Notes: generated by a model from the letters alone, not told the origin. 64,000 nucleotides of DNA from Candidatus Acidiferrales bacterium (GCA_963734105.1 CAVTFW010000005.1:149759-213758); one strand, 5' to 3'. Shown: positions 30,871 to 41,519, numbered from the stretch's first letter. Made by a program: numbers and translations.

Positions 30871-31701
30871 TCAATACGGAGTGGTTGCTTCCTGGCGGGA
30901 TTTCCATTCTTGGGCTTGCGCTTTGCCGGTGTCTCTTAAGGACTGTACACCGGATTTATCGGAATCGAGTCTGGCGCAAGCAGCATCTTGCCGGCGTCCC
31001 TCATCGGAAACTCGATCCGAAATACACAACTTGGCATCAGCAGAGTACCTGAGGTGTTGGCGATAGATCTCCGTTTGCCAAGCGGCGCGGGTTGGAAATT
31101 CCACTTCGGCCAGATCGGACCCCAGCAACCTGGCGACATATTGCTGTTCTGTTAGATTCTCCGTTTTTCTCAGAAATTGCTCGATCTTTGCCCTGCTCGC
31201 GGCCCAATCGGAGTTCGCTGTTGGGGCAGTGGCCACCGCCGATGGCTGCGTAGCGGCGTTCGCAACGGGGGAGGGAGTTGCTGCGACATTCACGGGCGCG
31301 GGCCGATTTGGTGAAGAGGGAAAATCGTCGTTGGTGAACACCCGGCCTTCCGCATCGATCTCACCCTTTAGACCCAACTGATGCGCAACGTCTCCCAGCG
31401 GTGGTGCTGGCGGTTTTGCCGCCGCAGCCTTCCTCACGACGTTCATCTGTTTGATCATGCCCTCCACATCCAGTGGAGGATTTTCCTTCACGTTCAGCTC
31501 TTCGGTACGCGCGAAATCGATGTCGGTCAGTAGGACCGATCGCTCCTCGCCGCTCTCGGACAGATACAGGAGTTCATTGTTCACCACGCGGTAGTTCTGA
31601 AAATGAATTACGGCTCCATTCCGGAGCGCGACCTGGTACGCGCAGAGCACAGGCGCAAGCAGCATCAACGCAAAACCGAGGATCGATAGGCGGCGCAACA
31701 T
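30871..31701 (-). CDS. Hypothetical secreted protein
   Basis: Signal peptide MLRRLSILGFALMLLAPVLCA; RVFTNDD motif, Pro/Ala linker, helical C-terminus with two Cys. Confidence 0.65.
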   Translation of the reverse strand: MLRRLSILGFALMLLAPVLCAYQVALRNGAVIHFQNYRVVNNELLYLSESGEERSVLLTDIDFARTEELNVKENPPLDVEGMIKQMNVVRKAAAAKPPAPPLGDVAHQLGLKGEIDAEGRVFTNDDFPSSPNRPAPVNVAATPSPVANAATQPSAVATAPTANSDWAASRAKIEQFLRKTENLTEQQYVARLLGSDLAEVEFPTRAAWQTEIYRQHLRYSADAKLCISDRVSDEGRRQDAACARLDSDKSGVQSLRDTGKAQAQEWKSRQEATTPY

Positions 31702-31960
31702 TTTCTCCATGCAAAAAGAATAACAACGCAGACAGAGCTGCAAGCGCCAAACAATAGGGGTGCTGTCTATCCAGTAACAGCCAGTCAGAAGAGGGTGGGC
31801 CGATTCGCAAAAGCGTGAAACTCTACCGCAAAGGCTCAGAAATAAATCCCTACGGCCATTGCACGGCCCCACTCTGAAACTACATTTATACTGGGCGTAA
31901 CTCTCTCAGCGCAGCCGGGGTCCTGCTTTTTGGCGCGGACAGGGCTGCCTGTTCATCCAC

Positions 31961-32842
31961 TCACTTCGCGCTTTGGCTTTCCAGATCCGCCAGGTGTTTC
32001 TTCAACTCGGCGGCATTCGCAGCGTTGGGAACAATTTGCAGGTAGGCTCGTAGCTGAACCGCGGCGCCATTGTAGTCCTGCTTCGCGCCGTAAATTTGCG
32101 CCAGCAAAAGGTGCGCTTGCGGCACGCGATGGTGATGGTCGGCGTCGATGGCTTCCAGCGCGTTTTTCTCCGCTGCCGGCAGATGGTTCAAATGAAAATG
32201 GGCCATCGCGCAGTAGAAATTTCCGAACACATTCTGCGCCGGTTCGAGTTTGAGCGCGCGATCCGCCTGATCCAGCGCCTGATTCCAATCCTTCAGTTGC
32301 CCGGAAACGTCGGCCAGGCAAAGGTACGCCGGCGCGTACTCCGGATCCGCGCCGGACGCCTGGGAACACGCGCCGCGGGCTTCCTCGATTCGGTTGCTCG
32401 CTTCCAGAACCTGCCCCAACAGGACCCACGCGGCGGCATAGCGCGGGTAATCCTCAACCGCTTTGCGCAGGTGGCTCTCGGCCGTGGCGAGCTTCTTGCC
32501 CTTCAGGTCGCTGCAGCCCTTGTCGTATTCGCCCCGCGCCTTTCCGGGAACCTGAAGGGTTGCCGCATTGACGGTGGCCGCTGGCGTTACGGAAACCGTC
32601 CAGAGCAAGCAGGGCACGTCGCGCTCCACAACGGTCGCAGGCGGCGCGCCGACGGCATCGGGAGTCCCATGAGTTGGCGCGGAGTTGTGCAAAGGCCAGC
32701 CAGGCGTGGAGCCGCTCGCTGAAGAATCGCTCTGCGCCGCGAGCGTTGTTGCGAGCAACCCAAGCGCGAACCCGCAAACCGCCAATTCCGTGAGAAGTAG
32801 CCGCCCCAACAGGAGGCCGCGATACTTCAACCCGCGCCCCAT
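31961..32842 (-). CDS. Tetratricopeptide repeat protein, probably exported
   Basis: Repeated TPR-like helices (AAAWVLLGQVL, APAYLCLADV, PQAHLLLAQIY); start uncertain. Confidence 0.8.
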   Translation of the reverse strand: MGRGLKYRGLLLGRLLLTELAVCGFALGLLATTLAAQSDSSASGSTPGWPLHNSAPTHGTPDAVGAPPATVVERDVPCLLWTVSVTPAATVNAATLQVPGKARGEYDKGCSDLKGKKLATAESHLRKAVEDYPRYAAAWVLLGQVLEASNRIEEARGACSQASGADPEYAPAYLCLADVSGQLKDWNQALDQADRALKLEPAQNVFGNFYCAMAHFHLNHLPAAEKNALEAIDADHHHRVPQAHLLLAQIYGAKQDYNGAAVQLRAYLQIVPNAANAAELKKHLADLESQSAK

Positions 32843-33245
32843 CGCGTCAGGCACAACTGCGCCGAAAATGCCGCAGCCAACTCGCACAGAACAGGTACCA
32901 ACCGGGCCCTCTATTCCGCTTCCAGGCCCCAAGCCACTATACGTCCAATCGCCTTTTCTAGCGATTATATTCTTGACACGGAACAGCCCTTCCTGTGGCA
33001 TGTGTCCGTGCGCACCAAACGCATAAAGAAAATCGTTCTAAATGTCTTGATGGCGATCTTTCTCGTGATTCTCCTCTTGTCCCTGCTCGCGCACCGCGTA
33101 GTTCATCCACGGTGATTTGGAACGCCAGGTGCCTCGCGGGCGGGTTTTGCACTCCTCCATTGATCGGCAAAATGTCGGCGCGCCGATATTTACTGAGTGG
33201 GTAGATAAATGTAAAGTATTACTTGAAGGTTGCGGCATGGGTGGA

Positions 33246-33513
33246 CCCCCCCACCCCCTGTTTTTGCGTAAGTGCGGGAATAATTGGGGTTACGGGCGAA
33301 TGGACCGTAAGTGCGGGAATAGTTGGACTTAGCGGAGAAGGGCAGTTCGCAGTCATCAGTCTACAGTTCGCAGCTAGAAGCGTTTTCCTCATTCCGGTTG
33401 CAATGCCCGGCAAGCGAATGATCCTGGCGCAAGATCGGACGGGAAAGAATCCCGAAATGGAACGATTGGTCGTAAGGGAAGAAGTGCGATTCGCAGTCAT
33501 CAGTTCACAGTTG
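33246..33513. repeat. Intergenic repeat cluster: 16-bp direct repeat plus CAGTnnn heptamer arrays
   Basis: CGTAAGTGCGGGAATA at 33267 and 33306; TTCGCAGTCATCAGT at 33346 and 33490. Confidence 0.7.
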
Positions 33514-33650
33514 GCAGGCATGGAGGGAAAAACGAGTTAACGCACAGGCGTCGGTGGGGTGGCGGAAAGGGCGGGCGTGGGATATTCTGGATGTTAAGAA
33601 GTTGTAAGGACTTCCTGATAAGGACGTTCCCCGGAAATAGGGATATGCGG

Positions 33651-35090
33651 ATGAGTGAATCGAAGATTATTGCGCCTGGGTCGAATGCGGTGACGGCTGG
33701 GGCTAAGCCGGTGCGGCCGACTTGGCACGCGGCGGGGAAGGTGCATGCTTCGGAACAGCCGTTCAGCTATCCGTTGAATCGGGAGTTTGTGGAGCCGGAT
33801 TGGCGGCGGTTGCCGGGGTACAAGAATGTGAGTGCGGAGGAGTGGGAGACGGCGCTTTGGCAGCGGCGGCATACGGTGAAGAACCTGCAGGAGTTGAAGG
33901 AGGTTTTTGGCGGGTTGATGCCGGATACTTTGATGGCGGCGGTGGAGCGGGACATTAAGGAACGGGCGACCATGTCCATCCTAATTCCGCCGCACATGCT
34001 GAACACCATGGATGAGAAGGATTTATGGAACGATCCGGTGCGGCGCTACATGCTGCCGGCGTTTGACGACCGGCACCCGGAATGGCCGAGCCATCCGAAG
34101 GCGAGCCGCGACTCACTGCATGAATCGGACATGTGGGCGGTGGAAGGGCTGACGCACCGGTATCCCACGAAAGTGCTGGCGGAGCTGCTGTCCACTTGCC
34201 CGCAATACTGCGGGCACTGCACGCGGATGGACTTGGTCGGCAACGACGTGCCGCAGGTGGTGAAGCTGAAATTCCAGATACCGCAGAAGGAGCGTTACCA
34301 GCAGATGCTTAACTACCTGCTGGTGACCCCGTCGGTGCGCGACGTGGTGGTGAGCGGCGGGGACATCGCGAACACCCCAATGGTCCTACTGGAAGATTTC
34401 GTCAGCAGATTGATGGATATCCCGAACATCAAGGACATTCGGCTGGCCACCAAGGGATTAATCGCCATCCCGCAGCACTTTTTGCAGAGTGGCGTGTTGG
34501 ACGGGCTGGAACGGTTGGCGAAGAAGGCGCGGGAACGCGGCGTGGATCTCGCAGTGCACACGCACGTGAATTGCGCGCGGCAGGTGACGCCGCTGGTGAG
34601 GAAAGCGGTGCAGGCGCTGCTGGACATGGGGTATCGCGACGTGCGGAACCAAGGCGTGCTGCTGCGCGGCGTGAACACCAGCCAGAAGGAATTGCTGGAC
34701 CTGTGCTTCACGCTGCTGGATCACGGGAAAATCATGCCGTACTACTTCTATCAGTGCGACATGATCCCGAACGCTGAGCACTGGCGGCTGGCGATCCATG
34801 AGGCGCAGAAATTGCAGCACGACATTATGGGCTACCTGCCGGGATTTGCAACGCCGCGCATCGTGTGCGACGTGCCGTTTGTGGGCAAGCGCTGGGTGCA
34901 CCAGGTGAAGGAGTACGACCGGCAACTGGGAATTTCCTACTGGACGAAAAATTACCGCACGGGAATTGAAGCGGACGATCCGGAAGCGCTTTCGCGGCGC
35001 TACGAATATTACGACCCCGTCTATACGCTCCCGGATGTCGGCCAGCGGTTTTGGGGCGGCGCAACGACACAGCAGACGCTGTCGAAATAA
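33651..35090 (+). CDS. KamA family radical SAM protein (lysine 2,3-aminomutase-like)
   Basis: GLTHRYPTKVL, CPQYCGHCTR, VVVSGGD, HTHVN, NQGVLLRGVN, PYYFYQCD. Confidence 0.9.
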   Translation: MSESKIIAPGSNAVTAGAKPVRPTWHAAGKVHASEQPFSYPLNREFVEPDWRRLPGYKNVSAEEWETALWQRRHTVKNLQELKEVFGGLMPDTLMAAVERDIKERATMSILIPPHMLNTMDEKDLWNDPVRRYMLPAFDDRHPEWPSHPKASRDSLHESDMWAVEGLTHRYPTKVLAELLSTCPQYCGHCTRMDLVGNDVPQVVKLKFQIPQKERYQQMLNYLLVTPSVRDVVVSGGDIANTPMVLLEDFVSRLMDIPNIKDIRLATKGLIAIPQHFLQSGVLDGLERLAKKARERGVDLAVHTHVNCARQVTPLVRKAVQALLDMGYRDVRNQGVLLRGVNTSQKELLDLCFTLLDHGKIMPYYFYQCDMIPNAEHWRLAIHEAQKLQHDIMGYLPGFATPRIVCDVPFVGKRWVHQVKEYDRQLGISYWTKNYRTGIEADDPEALSRRYEYYDPVYTLPDVGQRFWGGATTQQTLSK

Positions 35091-35094
35091 GACA

Positions 35095-36081
35095 ATGAGA
35101 GTGCTGGTTACCGGCGGCGCGGGATACATCGGTAGTGTGGTTGCGGAGCAGCTTCTCAGCGCCGGGCACCGGGTAACAGTGATTGACAATCTGAGTCGTG
35201 GCCACCGCCAGGCGATTCCGAATGGCGCGGAGATGGTTGTGGGCGAGCTGGCCGACAAGGAAAAGCTCGCGGCCCTTTTTCGGACTCATGCATTTGAAGC
35301 GGTGCTGCATTTTGCGGCATTCATCGAAGCCGGCGAATCGATGAAGTTCCCGGAAACATTTTTCCGGAACAATACGGCGAATGCGCTGGCGGTGCTGGAG
35401 GCCATGCTTGCCGGGGGCGTGAAGCGCTTCGTCTTTTCCTCGACAGCGGCGCTCTATGGCAATCCGGCAAGGACGCCGATTCAGGAAGAGGATGCGCTGC
35501 AGCCCACGAATGCTTATGGGGAATCGAAGTTGCTGGTGGAAAGGATGCTGGAATGGTTCCACCGCATCCACGGGCTGCGTTACGCGAGCTTGCGTTATTT
35601 CAATGCGGCCGGGGCGGCTGGTCCAGAGCGCGGGGAGGCGCACCAGCCGGAATCGCACCTGGTACCGCGATTGATGAAGGTCGCGCTGGGGCAGCAAAAG
35701 CACATTGAAATTTTCGGCACGGATTATCCGACGCCGGATGGAACTTGCGTGCGAGACTATATTCACGTGAGCGATCTGGCCGCTGCGCATTTACTTGCTC
35801 TCGACGCGCTAGAGCAAGCTGGGCGCCTGATTTACAACCTGGGAAACGGCCAGGGCTTTACCGTGCGAGAGGTGATCGAAGGCGTGCGCCGCGTGACGGG
35901 ACACGCCATCCCGGTGATGGAATCGCCGCGCCGCGACGGGGATCCCGCGGTGCTGATTGCCAGCTCCGAAAAAATCCGGCGAGAGCTGAGGTGGAAGCCC
36001 AAGTTCCCGGAATTGGACGCGATATTGAAAAGCGCCTGGCTGTGGCACAAGAATTTTCCGGAGGGTTATACCGGGACTTAA
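35095..36081 (+). CDS. galE: UDP-glucose 4-epimerase
   Basis: LVTGGAGYIGS, FSSTAALYG, YGESK, LRYFNAAGA, DGTCVRDYIHV. Confidence 0.95.
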   Translation: MRVLVTGGAGYIGSVVAEQLLSAGHRVTVIDNLSRGHRQAIPNGAEMVVGELADKEKLAALFRTHAFEAVLHFAAFIEAGESMKFPETFFRNNTANALAVLEAMLAGGVKRFVFSSTAALYGNPARTPIQEEDALQPTNAYGESKLLVERMLEWFHRIHGLRYASLRYFNAAGAAGPERGEAHQPESHLVPRLMKVALGQQKHIEIFGTDYPTPDGTCVRDYIHVSDLAAAHLLALDALEQAGRLIYNLGNGQGFTVREVIEGVRRVTGHAIPVMESPRRDGDPAVLIASSEKIRRELRWKPKFPELDAILKSAWLWHKNFPEGYTGT

Positions 36082-36115
36082 GCCGCTCGAGATATTTGCA
36101 GCAAGACGAGCAGGG

Positions 36116-36727
36116 TTAGTCCTGTTTGATCGAGGCTCCCGCCTGAGTAATGCTGCCGGGGAGCAACTCCGTCTTGAGCGTAATTTTCTGGTGGGGCAAC
36201 AGGTCGACCTCGGTGTCGAAAGCCTGATAACCGGGAAGAGCGATCTTGACGCGATGTTTCCCTGGGCTCACGAGCATGGCATGTCCCGCGCCCATGAATT
36301 CGTTGACGCTTCCCACAAAAGCATCATCGACGAAGACAGCTGCTCTCTCCGGCGTGACTTGCAGCTTGATCTGCGAAGTGACTTTCGGGAACTGGCTGCG
36401 AGGATCCTTCAGCATGACTACCTGGAGGACGGTTTTCTTGTGCGGTTCGACGACCACCTTTTGAGAAAGCTCGGTGTAGCCCGACTGACGAATGGTAATT
36501 TCATGTGCGCCGGGCAGAAGCAGGAGTTTCTTGTCGTCCTTGAGTTCATTGACGAAGCCTACATACTCTCCATCGACCCAAACCCCGGAGGTCTTGTCCG
36601 CTTTGGTCTTGCCGACCAACTGCACTTCACCCAGGACCTGGTTCTGGGCGGAGGAAGCGATAGAAAACAGCAGCGTGCAGAAAACAAATAAGAAAAACGT
36701 TCTATTGAATGCGCTAAACGTTCTCAT
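36116..36727 (-). CDS. PEGA domain-containing exported protein
   Basis: Signal peptide; two repeats VWVDGEYVG / VFVDDAFVG..PG.H.I.I...GY. Confidence 0.8.
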   Translation of the reverse strand: MRTFSAFNRTFFLFVFCTLLFSIASSAQNQVLGEVQLVGKTKADKTSGVWVDGEYVGFVNELKDDKKLLLLPGAHEITIRQSGYTELSQKVVVEPHKKTVLQVVMLKDPRSQFPKVTSQIKLQVTPERAAVFVDDAFVGSVNEFMGAGHAMLVSPGKHRVKIALPGYQAFDTEVDLLPHQKITLKTELLPGSITQAGASIKQD

Positions 36728-37079
36728 AACTAATCCCCCCATTCGGGCAAGTTTCAGAGTACGGGATCGCCTCGGAACGATCCGGCCTGGACTGGATAAG
36801 GTGACCGTCTCATTCTAACCGCAATGCCCGAAATACGGGGTAAGGATACAATTTCTTGTCGAATCTATTAACCTTTCGATTGGCATTCTCGGAGCGGCCG
36901 CCGTGAGCAAAAGCCCCCTTCTCCCAACTGATTAGTAGCGCGCCCTACGGCACAATTACCGGGCTTTTTCGGCGATTTCACGGGAGCGTTGCCACAGATA
37001 AGGACGCATCTCTGATCCTTGCTTCGGCTGTGGAACTCTTGCAAGCCGGGCGGGCATCCATTGATCATCCGAGAACGAT

Positions 37080-37604
37080 CTATCGCCTCCCGAACTGGAA
37101 AACGATTCCGGCGCTTTACCGAAAGTTATTCTGCCGGTTGCTTGCACCATCGGTGAATTTTGTCAGAAAGTATTCGGCCTGAACGGGGCGAATCGCGAAG
37201 TGTTCGGAGATTTTGTAATCAACGCCCCCGATTGCGGTCATCGCGAAGACATTCTGGGGCGAGCTGACGATGCTTCGGGCTCCCCCGAACAGTACTTGCG
37301 CAAAGGGCGTCACCTTCCGGTGCCCGAGAAGATTAATCCGCGGCCCGAACAGGTAGGAGAAAATTCCCGCGCCGAAGCCATTGCGGGTGTAGTGCCGAAG
37401 TCTCCGACGCCCGAGCCAATTATTGAGATTGTAAGTGAACTGGCCGCTGCCTCCATTGAAGTTGGACGAGGTGCTGGCGGAGTTCAACCGGATATAGTCG
37501 TACCCCGCGAACAATTCCGCTTTCGGTGTTTCATCCTGCGCCTTTGCCGTCAAGGCGAATGCAAACATCGCCAGCAAAGCTAGCACCCAAAATGATTTCC
37601 TCAT
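37080..37604 (-). pseudogene. Degraded or mis-sequenced small outer-membrane beta-barrel protein
   Basis: AGGAG RBS, signal peptide, KAELFAGYDY, YLFGPR, PFAQVLFG, QNNFR; in-frame TAA at 37116-37118 precedes SAGIVFQFG; scrambled segment after NWLG. Confidence 0.6.
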
Positions 37605-37954
37605 TTTTGATGTACTCCTTTGGGATCAAATGTCCGCGAGACCTGCCGACCTATCCCCGGGACCTGCGCGCTGGCAGATAGGAAGCGCACAAGGGACATT
37701 GTGTTGCCTGCTTCTACGCGGATATTCGCGAGTATAGGCCTGTTATTGATGAACCCGCCGGTGAGCCTAGGTTATCGAAACAACAAACTTGATGGCAAGG
37801 CTCATGCTGAGCGCGCGCCGATCGCGAAGCGCATGTTTGCGTTTTCCGCTTAGAGGCAGAATGGTGAACGATTGAAGCAGAAGTCGAGAACGGTGCGTCA
37901 CCGGCTCGAAGGGCAACGCCGAGGATGTTGGGGCACTCAATTTGTCACTGGACC

Positions 37955-39598
37955 CTAGTCCACGCGCCACGGCGAGCGCTCCGGCCACTGACGTAAGGCC
38001 TCCGTAGCCCAAGCGGTGGTCTTGTCCGCGTGGCAGGCCGTGCAGGGATTCGGGATTTTGTACTTGTCGGTCATGGCTGGCGCGATGAAAGCAAAGGTGT
38101 GGGAGCGCACCTTCACGTCCGCGATAGTGGTCTCGATTTTTGGCATATGACAAGCGATGCAACTGCTTCCGGGAGATCCTTTTTTATGATGAGTATGCTC
38201 TTCGATGGTTCCGGTGCGCGGGCCATTCAAAGAGAGTGCCCCGTGACAATCCAGGCAAAGTTGGTCCGCGGGCTTTCGCAATTGCGCGTAGTTTTCAGTG
38301 CCGTGCACATCGTGGCAACTGAAGCAGGTCACTCCGCGCCGATACATGACGCTTTGCACAAAATCATTGCCTTGCATGCGGTTTTTGTGACCCGTGCCGT
38401 CCGGGTAGTGCGTGAACGTCGTCTCCCCTAGAGTATGTTCCTCAAGCTGCCAAAAATCCTGCAGCTTCAGACCCACACTGTACCCAACGGGCCAATCGTA
38501 ATATTTGCCCTCGATGGGACTTGTGAGCGGGTGACCTTGGGAATGGCACTGGATGCACGCGTCGCTTGCCTGAACGTAATTCATTCGCGCCGGATTCAGG
38601 ATGTTACCGCGGGATGGATGATCCACATGCTCGCTTCCCGGCCCGTGGCACTTTTCGCAGCCCACGTTCCATTCCGCCACCTGTTTCGTTCGGATGTTGT
38701 AGTCGACCGAATGGCAGCCATCGCACGTAGGACCTGTGGGGCGTTGCATATTGTCTGGAGGATAAAACGGCTCCCACCAATCCGTCCCCTTAGCCACGAA
38801 GTACGGCCGCCAAACTCGCTTGGTAACGTCCCATTGGGCGGGTTCCGGAAAGTAGTCGTCTCCCCGCTTGGTGAAGTAACGTTGCTTCCATATGCTGCCG
38901 TAAACCAGCGCCACATCGTCCTTGGTGAACTTGGCAATAGTATTCGTCGAAAGGTTGGGAATAATCGCGTCCGGGTATTCGCGTGGATCGCGGACGATGT
39001 TCGCCATCGGCGTCTTACGCCAGTGATCGTAGATTTGCGCGTGGCACTTCCAACAGGATTGCGAGCCGATGTAGCGAGCCGACTTTGCCGTGGATACCTG
39101 CTGTATCTGCTCTTCCTTGGTCAATTGGCGTAGGTCGCGGATAAAAACGACCAGTTTCCAACTATCGTCGCTCTGCTCGTCGTGCGGTTTCGCCCAGCCC
39201 GGCATGCCGGTGAGGCGCACACCATTCCGGATGATGTAGCGGATCTCTCCATCCATAAGATTCTGTGTTTGAGGCAAACGCAAGTCCGGCACTTTGGGAT
39301 ACAGGTTGCTGCCGTTTTGGGTTTGTCCGGAGCCGTCCAGACCATGACACACGGCACAACGATCGAGGAAACTCTCGCGCGCTTCCTTTAGAACATCCGG
39401 CGTGGCCTTCCAGGGGTTTGTTTCCAAGCGGGCCTTCCGCGGAATCGCCAAGTTGCGCACGGTACGCGCCACCACAGTTTCCAGAAACGACGGCTGGTCG
39501 GCGGTGCTAAAGCCATGCCAAATCAATCGCGCTCCATAGAAGCCAAATGCGATCAGCACGACGGAGCAGAGCAATAGAAAAATTCTCCAGGCTTTCAT
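37955..39598 (-). CDS. Nine-heme c-type cytochrome (N-terminal monoheme domain fused to an octaheme domain)
   Basis: CAVCH, CWKCH, CDGCH, CEKCH, CIQCH, CFSCH, CLDCH, CIACH, CTACH; N-terminal anchor. Confidence 0.92.
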   Translation of the reverse strand: MKAWRIFLLLCSVVLIAFGFYGARLIWHGFSTADQPSFLETVVARTVRNLAIPRKARLETNPWKATPDVLKEARESFLDRCAVCHGLDGSGQTQNGSNLYPKVPDLRLPQTQNLMDGEIRYIIRNGVRLTGMPGWAKPHDEQSDDSWKLVVFIRDLRQLTKEEQIQQVSTAKSARYIGSQSCWKCHAQIYDHWRKTPMANIVRDPREYPDAIIPNLSTNTIAKFTKDDVALVYGSIWKQRYFTKRGDDYFPEPAQWDVTKRVWRPYFVAKGTDWWEPFYPPDNMQRPTGPTCDGCHSVDYNIRTKQVAEWNVGCEKCHGPGSEHVDHPSRGNILNPARMNYVQASDACIQCHSQGHPLTSPIEGKYYDWPVGYSVGLKLQDFWQLEEHTLGETTFTHYPDGTGHKNRMQGNDFVQSVMYRRGVTCFSCHDVHGTENYAQLRKPADQLCLDCHGALSLNGPRTGTIEEHTHHKKGSPGSSCIACHMPKIETTIADVKVRSHTFAFIAPAMTDKYKIPNPCTACHADKTTAWATEALRQWPERSPWRVD

Positions 39599-40182
39599 AC
39601 AACCCTCTTGACTCTCATGATGCTACGCGTAATCCAGTTCATCCATGCCCCGGACTGTTTCGCCGCGACCTTCAGATCATCGTCTTGATACACGTTATGC
39701 GTGGCGACGGCAAGCCCACGTACGGTTGGTTACGTCAGGCCCGGAAGCTTGTAGTCAGTCGAGATGCCTGGATGCCTCCAGTCTCTGTCAGACTTGAGAA
39801 TTTGCAGAGCATGTTTCTTGGCCGCGTTGAAAGCGTCTCTTCCAAGCAAGAGCCGAGGGGTGGATCGGATAGCGATGCGATATGCAGAAGCGCCGCTGCC
39901 GCCTATGCCGGGTCATTGAGCAATGAACAGCGATCTAGGCTGCCGGAAGTTGCAAATAGCGGAAGAGAACGGTGAACTCAGAAGGATTCTCCAGTCGCGA
40001 ATTCACAAGGCGCCGTACTGGGCCTAATAAAGCGTATTCTGAACCTCGATCTCTTGAACCCATTTTACGGACAGAGATCTTAGGAGGCGCCTGTGGGGAG
40101 ACCCGCGGGTCAGTGGCTAAATGCCTGGCTTACCTGCCGATTCGACGACTAACCGCCGCGGCGCTCGCGCTCGGGGCGCACT

Positions 40183-41046
40183 CTACGGTTTTTCCCAGGC
40201 CAGCTGAACTTGCGCGGCATTGTTCACAAGCTCGCGTTCCTTGGGCGTGAAATCACTATAGCGACCAGAGTCGATTCGCCGTTGGAAGGCATAAGGCGGC
40301 ATTTCGCCGGCAGCTCGAATTGCATATTGCACTTCTTGGCGGGCCGGCGGGAGTTGTTGAGCAGTATGTGCGGCCCGGTAATTGTTCGGCGCGGCGGTCG
40401 ATGCGCTGGTTGGGTAGAGCGGAGAAGTCCGAGAAGAGGCCGCGAGCCTGGCGATCATTGCGTTCGCGTGTGGCGCGCTCTCCTGCGCGGGAGCCCCCGA
40501 AGGTCTCACCGGGGCGTTATCGCGGGAATTCGGGGCAGGATTTGACGGGGGAGGGTCGTCGCCGTTGCCAGGACCTGGGTAGCCGTAAGGCGCATAAGAA
40601 GGGCAATAGTATGGATCATAGCCGGCGTAGCACCCTGGGCCGTAACCATAACCGTAGCCGTAGGGATACCAGTAAGGCCATCCCCAGCCGAAGCCCAGGC
40701 CGAATCCCCATCCGAATCCGTAACCATAGCGGCCGTAACCATAACGACCGTAACCAGGGTAACCCCGAAACCCGCCACGCCCGTAGTAGCCCCCACGCCC
40801 GCCGTAGAATCCACGGCCAGAGTAGCCGCCGAAGCGCCCCCCACCATAGGCATGGGAGCCTCCGCCGCCGCGGAACCCTCCTACGCTGCCGTGGAACCCT
40901 CCTCCACCGCCACCATGAAATCCACCTCCGCCCCCGCCTCCGTGGCCACCACCGCCATGCTGGGCAAAAGCGGAGCTCGGTACACAGACGAGCGCGACAA
41001 GTGCAACTACTAGGCAAAAGACTCTTAACAAAGCGAATCTCCTCAT
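40183..41046 (-). CDS. Gly/Tyr/Pro-rich secreted low-complexity protein
   Basis: GGAGG RBS; signal peptide ending AFA; GGFHGG and GYGYG repeats. Confidence 0.75.
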   Translation of the reverse strand: MRRFALLRVFCLVVALVALVCVPSSAFAQHGGGGHGGGGGGGFHGGGGGGFHGSVGGFRGGGGSHAYGGGRFGGYSGRGFYGGRGGYYGRGGFRGYPGYGRYGYGRYGYGFGWGFGLGFGWGWPYWYPYGYGYGYGPGCYAGYDPYYCPSYAPYGYPGPGNGDDPPPSNPAPNSRDNAPVRPSGAPAQESAPHANAMIARLAASSRTSPLYPTSASTAAPNNYRAAHTAQQLPPARQEVQYAIRAAGEMPPYAFQRRIDSGRYSDFTPKERELVNNAAQVQLAWEKP

Positions 41047-41445
41047 TTCAGTCACCTCCGCTCGAGCGCTTGCTACTGCCCCCGAGCAGCCTTTCTATTT
41101 CTCCATCTCTATGCCGGCATTTGCCGGAATTCCTTTCGAACTCGAATTTTGGGTTTATTGTACACCCATCGCTTGTCCTCCGCACGGTGGCCCAATTTTC
41201 TTTGGGAGTGCTGAGGACGGTCTGCGGTCACCACCATCTCCGCAGAGACAAACCAGTCTTCCAGTTGCGCCTTGGAGAACCAGATGGCTATACCATTTGG
41301 GAGGAATCTTGCGACTGTGACGGCAACTTCACGTCAACGTGCCGCGATCTCGGCCGCTCCTCTCAGCAGAGAAGAGCGCCCTGAGCAAACTCAAACTTAA
41401 CGGACGCGTTGCAGCGGTTCTGTAGACAACGACTGAGAGCGGTCT

Positions 41446-41519
41446 GAAAATCCCTTCGGCCCAAAAGTGTTACCTATGTAGCCGGTACATCCTGTTACCC
41501 ATGTCCCCGGACCGGGCCC
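41446..41519 (+). mobile_element. Remnant end of an IS481-like element
   Basis: Encodes ENPFGPKVLPM*, recalled as a typical C-terminus of one IS481 transposase group; twin repeats TGTTACC(T/C)ATGT..CCGG at 41468 and 41493; no transposase body upstream. Confidence 0.6.

Noticed and set aside
31930-31945. att duplication of the tRNA-Arg 3' end
   Set aside because: Only TGGCGCG matches; too short to be meaningful
33267-33321. CRISPR array
   Set aside because: Only two 16-bp repeats with a 23-nt gap, and no cas genes
37116-37118. Recoded stop in the beta-barrel gene
   Set aside because: The codon is TAA, not TGA/TAG, and the gene has other lesions; mutation or error is likelier
40320-41384. 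354-aa Arg-rich plus-strand ORF
   Set aside because: Antisense shadow of the Gly/Tyr-rich gene
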